Source: Malacoraja senta (lineage: Eukaryota). Taken from it: a DNA stretch of 64,000 nt. Numbering within the stretch: position 1 is the first letter of the stretch; the number at the start of each line of letters is the position of its first letter. The notes beneath the pieces were generated by a model. The model was not told where the DNA came from and made no database searches. It saw nothing but the letters and a program-made list of their open reading frames with translations. Below, piece by piece: positions 24,766 through 37,596 of the stretch. The position numbers were made by a program, and so were the translations under genes. Location: contig CM075990.1 in NCBI GenBank assembly GCA_038087875.1, positions 434,001 to 498,000 of the forward strand, written 5' to 3'.

Positions 24766-26455
24766 TGCTGGAAATAGTAAGGGACCGGGGGTTAAATGAG
24801 ATTGAGGAACTGAGTGAAATACAGGTTAGCCGGGAAGTGGTGTTAGGTAAATTGAATGGATTAAAGGCCGATAAATCCCAGGGCCAGATAAGTTGCATCC
24901 CAGAGTACTTAAGGAAGTAACCGCAGAAATAGTGGATGCATTAGTGATAATTTTTCAAAACTCTTTAGATTCTGGAGTAGTTCCTGAGGACTGGATGGTA
25001 GCTAATGTAATCCCACTTTTTAAAAAGGGAGGGAGAGAAAAAACGGGGAATTACAGACCAGTTAGTCTAACATCGGTGGTGGGGAAAATTCTGGAGGCAG
25101 TTATTAAAGATGGGATAGCAGCACATTTGGAAAGTGGTGAATACATTGGACAAATTCAGCATGGATTTATGAAAGGTAAATCATGTCTGACAAATCTTAT
25201 AAAGTTTTTCGAGGATGTAACTAGTAGAGTGGATAAGGGAGAACCAGTGGATGTGTTATATCTGGACTTTCAGAAGGCTTTCGACAAGGTCCTACATAAG
25301 AGATTAGTATGCAAACTTAAAGCACACAGTATTGGGGGTTCAGTATTGATGTGGATAGAGAACTGGCTGGCAGACAGGAAACAAAGAGTAGGAGTAAACG
25401 GGTCCTTTTCAGAATGGCAGGCAGTGACTAGTGGGGTACCGCAAGGCTCAGTGCTGGGACCTCAGCTATTTACAATATATAATAATGATCTGGATGAGGG
25501 AATTGAATGCAACAACTCCAAGTTTGCGGATGACACAAAGCTGGGGGGGGGAGTGTTAGCTGTGAGGAGGATGCTAGGAGGCTGCAAGGTGACTTGGATA
25601 GGTTGGATGAGTGGGCAAATGCATGGCAGATGCAGTATAATGTGGATAAATGTGAGGTTATCCACTTTGGTGGCAAAAACAGGACAGTAGACTATTATCT
25701 GAATGGTGGCCGATTAGGAAAAGGGGAGATGCAACGAGACATGGGTGTCATGGTACACCAGTCATTGAAAGTAAGCATGCAGGTGCAGCAGGCAGTGAAG
25801 AAAGCAAATGGTATGTTAGCATTCATAGCAAAAGGATTTGAGGATAAGAGCAGGGAGGTTCTACTGCAGTTGTACAGGGTCTTGGTGAGACCACACCTGG
25901 AGTATTGCGTACGGTTGTGTTCTCCTAATCTGAGGAAAGACATTCTTGCCATAGAGGGAGTACAGAGAAGGTTCACCAGACTGATTCCTGGGATGGCAGG
26001 ACTTTCATATGAAGAAAGACTGGATAGACTTGGCATGTACACGCTAGAATTTAGAAGATTGAGGGGGGATCTTATAGAAACTTACAAAATTCTTAAGGGG
26101 TTGGACAGGATAGATGCAGGAAGATTATTGGGGAAGTCCACAACTAGGGGTCACAGTTTAAGGATAAGAAGGAAGTCTTTTAGGACCGAGATGAGAAAAT
26201 CATTTTGTACACAGAGAGTGGCGAATCTGTGGAATTCTCTGCCACAGAAGGTAGTTGAGGCCAGTTCATTGGCTATATTTAAGAGGGAGTTAGATGTGGC
26301 CCTTGTGGATAAACAGATCAGGGGGTATGGAGAGAAGGCAGGGATGGGATACTGAGTTGGATGATTAGCCATGATCATATCGAATGGCGGTGCAGGCTCA
26401 AAGGGGCCGAATGGCCTACTCCTGCACCTATTTTCTATGTTTTTATGTTTCTATG
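24766..26455 (+). mobile_element. CR1 LINE, RT region to 3' tail; frameshift at poly-G near 25545
   Basis: ORFs 24893-25690 and 25594-26355 nearly identical to 8870-11485; tctatgtt tail. Confidence 0.95.
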
Positions 26456-26651
26456 TGTAACCATTCAGATGCATGTTCCTCCGAGTGTTTTTGCTCGGAA
26501 AATTACAAAAAAAATACAGAAATGTGAATGGATAAGGCAGCACATCAAATTTATCTAAAATATCTAAATGCATTCACAGTGGTGGTGGATGGAATCTAAC
26601 TACACTTACTTTAGTTTAGTTTAAAGAAACATGGTATCAGGCCCTTCGGAC

Positions 26652-27594
26652 CAAAGATCTTTTTGCAAGCAAGATAGTCCACTCAACAAAAAAGACGTAG
26701 TATGGTCATGGGCAGATTCATGGTAATTTTCGGCCCCATTTCCGTAACCGGCTTCCGTCTCTGCACCAAAGATCCATAGCGGATCAAAGATACTAGTGTT
26801 GAGATAGAAGCCGGTTACGGAAACATCCTCATAAAAATAAAAGTTATTTGGTAAAAATCTTCTCCTCATTTTCAGAATTTTAATTTATTAACACAAACTG
26901 TTCCCCCGCAACGTTGCGAGTCGGGTGGGGTCCGGTCGGGTCGTGTTACGGAAATGATGAAAAAAAGGCCCATGTTCCGTTCATTGCGTACTACACATCA
27001 GCCCATTGCATTTAGCAGGAAACATAGAAACATAGAAACATAGAAATAGGTGCAGAAGTAGGCCATTCGGCCCTTTGAGCCTGCACCGCCATTTGATATG
27101 ATCATGGCTGTTCATCCAACTCAGTATCCCATCCCTGCCTTCTCTCCATACCCCCTGATCCCTTTAGCCACAAGGGCCACATCTAACTCCCTCCTAAATA
27201 TAGCCAATGAACTAGCCTCAACTACCTTCTGTGGCAGAGAATTCCACAGATTCACCACTCTCTGTGTAAAAAATGATTTCCTCATCTCGGTCCTAAAAGT
27301 CTTCCCTCTTATCCTTAAACTGTGACCCCTAGTTCTGGGACCTCCCCAACATCGGGAATAATCTTCCTGCATCTAGCCTGTCCAACCCCTTAAGAATTTT
27401 GTAAGTTTCTATAAGATCCCCCTCAGTCTTCTGAATTCCAACGTGTACAAGCCGAGTCTATCCAGTCTTTCTTCATATGAAAGTCCTGCCATCCCAGGAA
27501 TCAGTCTTGTGAACCTTCTCTGTACTCCCTCTATGGCAAGAATGTCTTTCCTCAGATTAGGAGTGGTCTATATTGCTCCGCTATAGGTTATTTG
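26652..27594. mobile_element. MITE-like DNA element with ~34-bp imperfect TIRs (CAAA...TTTG), interrupted by CR1
   Basis: caaagatctttttgcaagcaagatagtccactc versus gagtggtctatattgctccgctataggttatttg; internal hairpin tttccgtaaccggcttc/gaagccggttacggaaa. Confidence 0.6.
27020..27562 (-). mobile_element. CR1 3' fragment
   Basis: (aaacatag)n tail; RTRGHSLRIRGKTFRTEMRKSFFTQRVV. Confidence 0.93.
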
Positions 27595-27617
27595 CTTCCA
27601 TACTGCACACTATTAAG

Positions 27618-27915
27618 GGAGACACAGTGGTGCAGCAGTAGAGTTATTGCCTTATAGCGCCAGAGACCCAGGTTCGATCCTTACTATGAGTGCTGTCTGT
27701 ACCGAGTTTGTATGTTCTCCCTGTAACTGCGTGGGTTTTCTCCAAGATCTTCCGTTTCCTCCCACACTCCAAAGATGTACAGGTTTGTAGGTTAATTGTC
27801 TTGGTATAAGTATAAATTGTCCCTAGTATGTGTCGGAGATCACTGGTCAGTTCGGACTCGGTGGGCCGAAGGGCCTATTTCCGCGCTGTATCTCTAAACT
27901 AAAATAAAATAAAAT
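27618..27915 (+). mobile_element. tRNA-derived SINE
   Basis: Homologous to 6937-7254. Confidence 0.85.
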
Positions 27916-28946
27916 ATTCTGACTTGGAAATAAATCACCATATCTTTATTGCTGCTGGATCTAGAGCCCTGGACTCCCTTATCCAGAACATTCATCAGAG
28001 GGTGAACACTTCATCACCATCTATTCATGGAAAATTAAGAATAGGCAATCGATATTTGCAATGTGCACCTAGATTCCATACGGCACAATAAAAATGCTTC
28101 CTATTACAGTCTGCTTGCTGCTACCATCAGGCAGGAGGTGCAGAAGCCTGAAGTCCCACACTACCAGCATCAGGCTACTTTCTAGCAACCATCAGGATCT
28201 TGAACCAACCTGCACAATACTAAACCTATCTCAGCAACAGAACACTACAGAACAACTTTGTGCACTACCATCACTTGTTTTCTAATTGTGTTTTGCACTA
28301 ATGTCTTGCTTTTACGTTTCTATGCGCTGCATTGTATAATTTATGTATAATTTATGTATCATTTATGTATTCTTTTGTTGTCTGAGTCTATGGATTTTAA
28401 TTATACCTATACCTCACTACAAGGTGAGGGTGGGAGGTGTGAGCAGTGCCTCGGAGGGGGGGGGGAGAAACTAAACGACTTTTTTTCCCCCCAATATCAT
28501 ATCGCTGGCCAGTAGTTTGACAGCCCTGCTTTAAACCAATGCCCTCTAGTTCTTGAATCACATATGCCGGAAAAAAGACTATGCATTCACCTTGTATATT
28601 CCCCTCGTGGTTTTTACTCACTTCTAAAACAATTTTTGCTTTATTTTGAATATCCAGCACCTGCAGATTTTGGTTCCATGAATGTCAAATGTACTGCAGT
28701 TTGCCATTTTAAATAGTGTGCTTAAGTGTCTAAAACAATTTTGCTTCGGAGTCACATGAGTGACTACGTGAAGAGCCTGCCAGCACGCATGCGCGTCATA
28801 TCGTCTAACGCATGGCGCAGCGACTGGTTGGGAGGCGCATTGCTCCTCCACCCATAAGTTAAAAAAGGCCTGCAGGTAAGTTTCCTTATTCTGAGGTCGT
28901 TTTTTGTTCTGGGAAATTTCTTTACAGAACGGTGATTTCCAGAGTA

Positions 28947-30171
28947 ATGGAAAAATCGAGGGCCAAGTCTAAGTGGGCCGCGGCGAAACTGGCTGTGGAG
29001 GACTTCTGCTGCGAAACTGGCTGCGACCGACTTCACCACCTGGGTCGCTGACTGTGCAATCAGTAACCTCTGACTTGGTTCCTGCAGAATCTGCAGCGGT
29101 TCCCCAGGTTGGGGGTAAAGCCAAATGTAAGTCGGATAGGCCTGTGGACTCGGACGAGTCGGGCCGGGAAGATTCACCGCCTGCGGCAGGTAGCGCCCGT
29201 GGGTGTTTATCGCACATGGCGCGGTTAATGGAGCAAATGCTCCAACGTGACATACTCCAGCAGTCGGAGGTTTGTCAGCGTGGGCCTCCTTGGACACCCA
29301 CGGCAGCACCTAGTACAGGGCTGCACAATGTCTCCCTCTCCTTGGAGGGGAGCATAAGGAGTCAGTTCTGGGCTGGCTCTGAAGTCGGGGGTTTGGCTGA
29401 AGATTCATCTAGTGTGCTTGGGGTGCATGAAGCTCAGAAACTGCTTGGCATGGTCTCCAAATTCGCGATACCCTCACAAACAGGAGAGCCTTTACAAGAA
29501 CAGCTGGCTGCTAGTGTTGATTACCTTACATCCAACCAGCTGCAGGAGCAGGTAATGATCGACACAGCTGCTAAATATTTAGTGCCTGCTAACTGTGCTT
29601 CTTTGAATGTTCCTGCGGTGAATAATTGGATTTGGGGATACATTGGTGGGGGCATCAGAGCCCAAGAAGTCAAGACCCAAAGAATCCTCAAGCTGCTGAC
29701 TTCGGGTATAACGGCATTTGCCAGATCCATAGATGGAATTCTGTTGAGCAGCAGGATGCGCTGGCACTTTTATGCAATGCTCAGTTTGAGATCAATTGCT
29801 TTAGAAAGAGTGCGATCCGACCTGCCCTGAACCCCAAATTTGCGGGGTTGTGCAAAGCCAGCAACACTCAGCCGCCAAATTTACTATTCGGGGAGAACCT
29901 GTCAAAACTGGTCAAGGACCTGGATGAGGAGGCAAAGACTGTCGGGCTAATAAAGGCGCCGTCAACCAGCAAGACCTCGCAACTTCGGCGGCAGCACCCC
30001 TATGCATCCACCAGCAGGAAACGTTATCCGGAGGCTGGTGAAAGCTCGAAGGCTGTACATTCTGGACATAGGTCTTTTTTCGGCCAAGGCCCAGAACTGC
30101 CTTCTTGGAAAATGCGCCATCCCCACATTCCAGCTCCTCTACCCCCCAGGACTCGGGGACGGAAGAAGTAA
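28947..30171 (+). pseudogene. DIRS C gag-like ORF1 (frameshifted)
   Basis: PANCASLNVPAVNNWIW, IRPALNPKFAGLC, LLFGENL; homologous segments in D and E. Confidence 0.8.
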
Positions 30172-30191
30172 ACACAAACCCATTGGTAACC

Positions 30192-32113
30192 ATGGAGGTA
30201 GGTGGGTCTGGTTTCTTCCGGAACATGGGGTGTGTAAATTGTTCACAAGTTGGTGGAAGATTACACTTGTTTTGGAATGCATGGAGTTCAATAACATCTG
30301 ACCCATTTATATTGCACAGTATTCAGGGGTATAAAATTGAGTTCCTTCATAATTCCTTTCCACCAGTACAGCATGCACCTAACCGAACGTTTGTGCTTTC
30401 ACAGCAGGAAAGTTTGGATGGGCATGCAGAAATTTTGAGATTACATTCAAAAGGGATAATTGAGAAGTCCCGACATGACTCTCACAAGTTTGTATCTAAT
30501 ATTTTTACAAGGAAAAAGAAAGATGGTGGATGCCGCATCATCATTGATTTGAAGCAGCTAAATACATTTGTGCAGTATATACATTTTAAAATGGAAACTT
30601 TTGTTACTGCCAAACATTTGGTTTCCAAAGGATACTTTATGGCTTGCATCGACCTCAAAGATGCATACTATTCGGTACCTATGCACAGGGATCACCGAAG
30701 GTAACTGAAATTTAACTGGATGGGGCAGCTGTGGCAGTTTATGGCTGCCTAATGAGTTAACATCAGCCCCCAGATTGTTTACTAAAATACTAAAACCGGC
30801 ACGTGTTTCTCAGAACGCAGAAACATATTGTCATGGCATACCTGGATGATATCTTAATTACTGGAAAAACTCTGGAATTAGCTAAATTAGCTGTTTCAGC
30901 CACCAAACTCTCGTTTGAGAAATTGGAGTTTCTCATTCATCCAGTTAAATCTAAGTTAATACCATCCACTGTTATGGATTATTTAGGGTTCACTATTAAC
31001 TCTGTCACATGTCTGTGACTTTGCCTGGGGGCAAGGCAGCAGAGTTGATAGAGGTCTGTAACAGCCTTGTTGCTGTTAGTCAACCATCTATTCGACAAGT
31101 AGCTAGGGTGATTGGCAAGATAGTGGCTGCATTTCCAGCCACACAATTTGGACCTTTGCATTATCAAAATTTACAGCGGGCAATGGTGCAAGCACTTAAA
31201 AATCATGCTGGTCACTTTGACAGGCCAATGCAGTTACCAGCTAAAGCTATTTCTGAATTGCAATGGTGGATACTAAACATTCGGCATTGTTCTAATACCA
31301 TTGTAGTCAGCAGTCCTTCAGTCGTTTTACAGACTGATGCTAGCGCTCAAGGTTGGGATGCTACAAATACCATCTCTAGTTGTGGTGGCAGATGGGATGC
31401 ACATGAGTCATCTTTGCTTCAGGCACTTGGTATTAATTATTTGGAGATGTTGGGCGCATTCTATGGGCTTACTGCACAAACATGCACCATCTGCATGTTC
31501 GTCTTCAGATTGACAACACCACTGCGGTGGCATATATCAATCACAAGGGTGGAATTAAGTCGCTATCTTGTGATAATCTGGCTAACACTATTTGGCACTG
31601 GTGCATCAAAAGAAATATTTGGGTATCAGCTACTTACCTTCCAGGTAAGCTCAATACAGTGGCGGACACCAGGTCACGAAAGTTCAATGACAACACCAAA
31701 TAGATGTTGGACCACAAAGTGTTTGCCGACATTGTAGCTCGGTATGGAATGCCGGATATCGATCTGTTTGCATCCAGGCTTAATCACCAGTTGCCAACAT
31801 ATGTTGCATGGGAGCCAGACCCTGGGTCAGTGGCGATGGATGCATTCTCGCTACACTGGGGAGGTTTGTTTTTCAAAACATTTCCTCCCTACTGCCTCAT
31901 CAGTCGGGTCTTGCGAAAAATCCAACAAGACTCCGCGTCGGGTATTTTGGTAGTACCCGACTGGCCTACTCAGCCATGGTTCCCTGTGGTTCTGGGTATG
32001 GTATCAGAACCATGTATGCCCATTTCCAAACGCACTGATTTATTGGTTCATCCTGTGACAGGCGAGAGTCACCGTGCCATGACCGGATAAATTTGTTAAT
32101 TTGCAGAGTCTGA
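30192..32113 (+). pseudogene. DIRS C pol: RT, RNase H and adenine-methyltransferase-like domain (disrupted)
   Basis: KKDGGCRIIIDL, HFKMET, IDLKDAY, YLDDIL, TDAS, INYLE, IDNTTAVAYIN, ADTRSR, DLFASRLN, FPPY, PDWPTQPWF. Confidence 0.93.
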
Positions 32114-32563
32114 GGAGACCTTTCCTGGGACTTGGACTGACGGATTGAACCTTGAAAATGATCACGGCGGCATGGAGGGATACCACCAAAAAACAATATA
32201 TCTCATATATTAGGAAATGGGAGATATTCTGTACTCGGACTAACATCACGTCCAACACAGCTCGTGTAACGATGTGCTAGAATTCTTGTCCAGCCTTCAT
32301 TTTGATGAAGGTCTGAGCGACAGTGCCATCAACTGTGCAAGAAGTGCCCTATCATCTTACTTGTGGAGGGGGTCGAGACACCACGCTGTCAGGTCTCACC
32401 CTCTAGTGTCGAGACTTATGAAGGGTATTTTTAACACTAATCCCCCAGGGCTAGGTACTCCCAGATCTGGGATGTTGGCATTGTCCTGACATTGCTTCGG
32501 GGTTGGGCTCCAGCAATGTCCCTGTCTCTGGCCAAGCTAACGTATAAAGTAGTTATGCTTATG

Positions 32564-33604
32564 GTAGCAATGTTACAAAATTTTGAGATTTAAAAAATAA
32601 AGTCTGCAATTTATCACATCAGATAAAGCATAAAAAGAAGTTTAATTTGACACCTAATTCACTTTCATATCTTCAGTATTAAAGACGTTATGGCCATTTT
32701 CATACTCAGAAATTAGCATCTTGTTCCCTATTGCTTTTCCATTGACTTAACACAAAAGCTGTGATCGAGGACAGTTAAAAGCCCATAACTTTCTTAAAAA
32801 TTAAGATAACTGAAAGAAATTTTCAGTTATTATAGATTGAAGCATTCTGAAACAAATATGAAACAATCTTACTTAGAAGACATGAAAGTAAAGCATATAA
32901 TTAGTTAGTTACCTAATTGTAGCTAATTACAAAATTCAATTACTAGATCTAAACATCTATCAATTTCTTAAGAATAGATTAACATTTTTAAATAGCCTAA
33001 GTGTCCAAATAACATTCACACAATAATTCACAATATAACATAATTTTTAAATCTCATTTTCATGAATTTACAGGCCAAATGGAAGGAATTGAATGTTTAA
33101 TACCTGTAAATTAATGGGCATTTAAATCATCTTGTGAGTGAAGATTTCTGGAACGCGATCTTTTGGAACATTCATTTGCGGTGAATTTAACCCCGTATTG
33201 GCATGAAAAATACTGCCGTTAGTTCGGTGAATAAAATCACCGTGTCGCATGAAAAAATGTGAATTAAAGGCTTCTTAAGAAGCACTTTTATACATTTAAA
33301 GAAACCACTTTCATTTACCTGTCCAGTGTGTGAAATCCGTCCCCGTTATCGGCGTTGACGCTTCAGGAGCTGCTTTTAAAATTACTCCAGCGCTGACATT
33401 GACGATTTAATAAAAATAAAAAATTCACAAACGCCGCTAGAAACGATTTGTCAGCAAAAGGTTGTACTCCAACGAAATATAATTCAGGACAAGGGAGGAG
33501 AAACCGCGTTTTAACCCCGCCCCCCCTTAAAGGCGCCAAAATCACGCACACGGCCAGTGGCAGAATTACAGCGCGACTGAATGTAAGTTTTGTAACATAC
33601 CTAC
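32564..33604. mobile_element. Non-autonomous DNA transposon with ~17-bp TIRs inserted in the DIRS C recombinase
   Basis: gtagcaatgttacaaaa ... ttttgtaacatacctac, flanked by duplicated (c)ttatg(g). Confidence 0.88.
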
Positions 33605-34050
33605 TTATGGCACTAGTCTCGGCGCAGCGGGTCCAGTCGCTGCACAAGTTGCGACTGGACACTATGGCAATAACTTCCAATAAAGTAACTTTCTATATAT
33701 ATGAGTTAGTTAAACAGAATAGACCAGGGTCATCCGGTCTTAAATTGGAGTTCTTAGCATACTCCATAGACCTTCGTCTGTGTATAGTCACTCATTTACA
33801 TCATTATGTCAAGGTCACTAAAAACCTGAGAGGCACTGAAATGGCATTATTAATCAGTCATAAGAAACCTCACAGAAGGGTGTCAGTGCACACCATCTCT
33901 AGATGGCTTAGACAGGTTTTGGCTGCTGCAGGTGTGGACACTGATGTTTTTAAATCTCATTCCACCAGGGCTGCATCGACATCGGCAGCGAAAGGGTTAG
34001 AACTTCCTATGGATCACATCCTTACAACGGCAGGATGGTCTAGTGAAATA

Positions 34051-36140
34051 GGATGTAGGATGTAACTAGTAGAGTGGATAAGGGAGAACCAGTGGATATG
34101 TTATATCTGGACTTTCAGAAGGCTTTCGACAAGGTCCCACATAAGAGATTAGTATACAAACTTAAAGCACATGGTATTGGGGGTTCAGTATTGATGTGGA
34201 TAGAGAACCTATCTCAGCAACAGAACACTACAGAACAACTTTGTGCACTACCATCACTTGTTTTCTAATTGTGTTTTGCACTAATGTCTTGCTTTTACGT
34301 TTCTATGCGCTGCATTGTATAATTTATGTATAATTTATGTATCATTTATGTATTCTTTTGTTGTCTGAGTCTATGGATTTTAATTATACCTATACCTCAC
34401 TACAAGGTGAGGGTGGGAGGTGTGAGCAGTGCCTCGGAGGGGGGGGGAGAAACTAAACTACTTTTTTTCCCCCAATATCATATCGCCGGCCAGTAGTTTG
34501 ACAGCCCTGCTTTAAACCAATGCCCTCTAGTTCTTGAATCACATATGACGGAAAAAAGACTATGCATTCACCTTGTATATTCCCCTCGTGGTTTAACCCC
34601 GCCCCCCCTTAAAGGCGCCAAAATCACGCACACGGCCAGTGGCAGAATTACAGCACGACTGAATGTAAGTTTTGTAACATACCTACTTATGGCACTAGTC
34701 TCGGCGCAGCGGGTCCAGTCGCTGCACAAGTTGCGACTGGACACTATGGCAATAACTTCCAATAAAGTAACTTTCTATATATATGAGTTAGTTAAACAGA
34801 ATAGACCAGGGTCGTCCGGTCTTAAATTGGAGTTCTTAGCATACTCCATAGACCTTCGTCTGTGTATAGTCACTCATTTACATCATTATGTCAAGGTCAC
34901 TAAAAACCTGAGAGGCACTGAAATGGCATTATTGATGTGGATAGAGAACTGGCTGGCAGACAGGAAGCAAAGAGTAGGAGTAAACGGGTCCTTTTCACAA
35001 TTGCAGGCAGTGACTAGTGGGGTACCGCAAGGCTCAGTGCTGGGACCCCAGCTATTTACGATATATATTAATTATTTGGACGAGGGAATTGAATGCAATA
35101 TCTCCAAGTTTGCGGATGACACGAAGCTGGGGGGCAGTGTTAGCTGTGAGGAGGATGCTCGGAGGCTGCAAGGTGACTTGGATAGGTTGGGTGAGTGGGC
35201 AAATGCATGGCAGATGCAGTATAATGTGGATAAATGTGAGGTTATCCACTTTGGTGGCAAAAACAGGAAAGTAGACTATTATCTGAATGGTGGCCGATTA
35301 GGAAAAGGGGAGATGCAACGAGACCTGGGTGTCATGGTACACCAGTCATTAAAAGTAGGCATGCAGGTGCAGCAGGCAGTGAAGAAGGCGAATGGTATGT
35401 TAGCATTCATAGCAAAAGGATTTGAGTATAGGAGCAGCGAGGTTCTACTGGTTTCGGCCCGAAACGTTGCCTATTTCCTTCGCTCCATAGATGCTGCTGC
35501 ACCCGCTGAGTTTCTCCAGCATTTTTGTGTACCTGAGGTTCTACTGCAGTTGTACAGGGTCTTGGTGAGACCACACCTGGAGTATTGCGTACAGTTTTGG
35601 TCTCCTAATCTGAGGAAGGACATTCTTGCCATAGAGGGAGTACAGAGAAGGTTCACCAGACTGATTCCAAGGATGTCAGGACTTTCATATGAAGAAAGAC
35701 TGGATAGACTCGGCTTGTACTCGCTAGAATTTAGAAGATTGAGAGGGGATCTTATAGAAATGTACAAAATTCTTAAGGGGTTGGACAGGCTAGATGCAGG
35801 AAGATTGTTCCCGATGTTGGGGAAGTCCAGAACAAGGGGTCACAGTTTAAGGATAAGGTGGAAATCTTTTAGGACCGAGATGAGGAAAACATTTTTCACA
35901 CGGAGAGTGGAGAATCTCTGGAATTCTCTGCCACAGAAGGTAGTTGAGGCCAGTTCATTGGCTATATTTAAGAGGGAGTTAGATGTGGCTCTTGTGGCTA
36001 AAGGGATCAGGGGGTATGGAGAGAAAGCAGGTACAGGATACTGAGTTGGATGATCAGCCATGATCATATTGAATGGCGGTGCAGGCTCGAAGGGTCGAAT
36101 GGCCTACTCCTGCACCTATTTTCTATGTTTCTATGTTTCT
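34051..36140 (+). mobile_element. 5'-truncated CR1 carrying a templated insertion (34209-34929) and a Penelope-tail insertion (35451-35534)
   Basis: RT motifs [24 protein letters not shown]; tctatgtt tail. Confidence 0.93.
35451..35534 (+). mobile_element. 84-bp Penelope-type terminal repeat fragment with 12-bp TSD
   Basis: gaggttctactg at 35439-35450 and 35535-35546; insert gtttcggcccgaaacgttg...ctgagtttctccagcatttttgtgtacct. Confidence 0.82.
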
Positions 36141-37596
36141 AATGTAACCCCACTTTTTAAAAGGGAGGGAGAGAGAAATCAGGGAATTACAGACCAGTTA
36201 GTCAAACATCGGTAGTGGGGAAACTGCTAGAGTCAGTTATTAAAGATGGGATAGCAGCACATTTGGAAAGTGGTGAAATCATTGGACAAAGTCAGCATGG
36301 ATTTATGAAATGTAAATCATGTCTAACAAATCTTATAGAATTTTTCGAGGATGTAACTTGTAGAGTGGATAAGGGAGAACCAGTGGATGTGTTATATCTG
36401 GACTTTCAGAAGGCTTTTGACAAGGTCCCACATAAGAGATTAGTATACAAACTTAAAGCACATAGTATTGTGGGTTCAGTATTGATTTGAATAGAGAACT
36501 GGCTGGCAGACAGGAAGCAAAGAGTAGGAGTAAACGGGTCCTTTTCAGAATGGCAAGCAGTGACTAGTGGGGTACCGCAAGGCTCAGTGCTGGGACCCCA
36601 GCTATTTACAATATATATTAATGATTTGGACGAGGGAATTGAATGCAACATCTCCAAGTTTGCGGATGACACGAAGCTGGGGGCAGTGTTAGCTGTGAGG
36701 AGGATGCTAGGAGGCTGCAAGGTGACTTGGATAGGCTGGGTGAGTGGACAAATGCATGGCAGATGCAGTATAATGTGGATAAATGTGAGGTTATCCATTT
36801 TGGTGGCAAAAACAGTAAAGTATATTATCTGAATGGTGGCCGATTAGGAAAAGTGGAGATGCATCGAGACCTGGGTGTCATGGTACACCAGTCATTGAAA
36901 GTAGGCATGCAGGTGCAGCAGGCAGTGAAGAAAGTGAATGGTATGTTAGCATTCATAGCAAAAGGATTTGAGTATAGGAGCAGGGAGGTTCTAATGCAGT
37001 TGTACAGGGTCTTGGTGAGACCACACCTGGATTATTGCGTACAGTTTTGGTCTCCAAATCTGAGAAACGACATTCTTGCCATAGAGGGAGTACAGAGAAG
37101 GTTTACCAGACTGATTCCTGGGATGTCAGGACTTCCATATGAAGAAAGACTGGATAGACTCGGCTTGTACTCGCTAGAATTTAGAAGATTGAGGGGGGAT
37201 CTTATAGAAACTTACAAAATTCTTAAGGGGTTGGACAGGCTAGATGCAGGAAGATTGTTCACGATGTTGGGGAAGTCCAGAACAAGGGGTCACATTTTAA
37301 GGATTAGGGGGAAATCCTTTAGGACCGAGATGAGAAAAACATTTTTCACACAGAGAGTGGTGAATCTCTGGAACTCTCTGCCACAGAAGGTAGTTGAGGC
37401 CAGTTCATTGGCTATATTTAAGAGGGAGTTAGATGTGGCCCTTTTGGCTAAAGGGGTCAGGGGGTATGGAGAGAAGGCAGGTACGTGATACTGAGTTGGA
37501 TGATCAGCCATGATCATATTGAATGGCGGTGCAGGCTCGAAGGGCCGAATGGCCTCCTCCTGCACCTATTTTCTATGTTTCTATGTCTATGTTTCT
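36141..37596 (+). mobile_element. Second 5'-truncated CR1, head-to-tail after the first
   Basis: Starts at NVTPLFK-encoding DNA right after the previous tail; has its own tail. Confidence 0.94.

Noticed and set aside
24317..24898. ORFs spanning the N run
   Set aside because: Artefacts of the assembly gap.
32090..32113. Conserved ttaatttgcag before the recombinase as a splice acceptor
   Set aside because: Equally explained by conserved pol C-terminal residues (LICR); polypyrimidine tract is weak.
33448..34065. Phage integrase or prophage
   Set aside because: The recombinase belongs to a DIRS retrotransposon; the ORF's N-terminus comes from the inserted TIR element.
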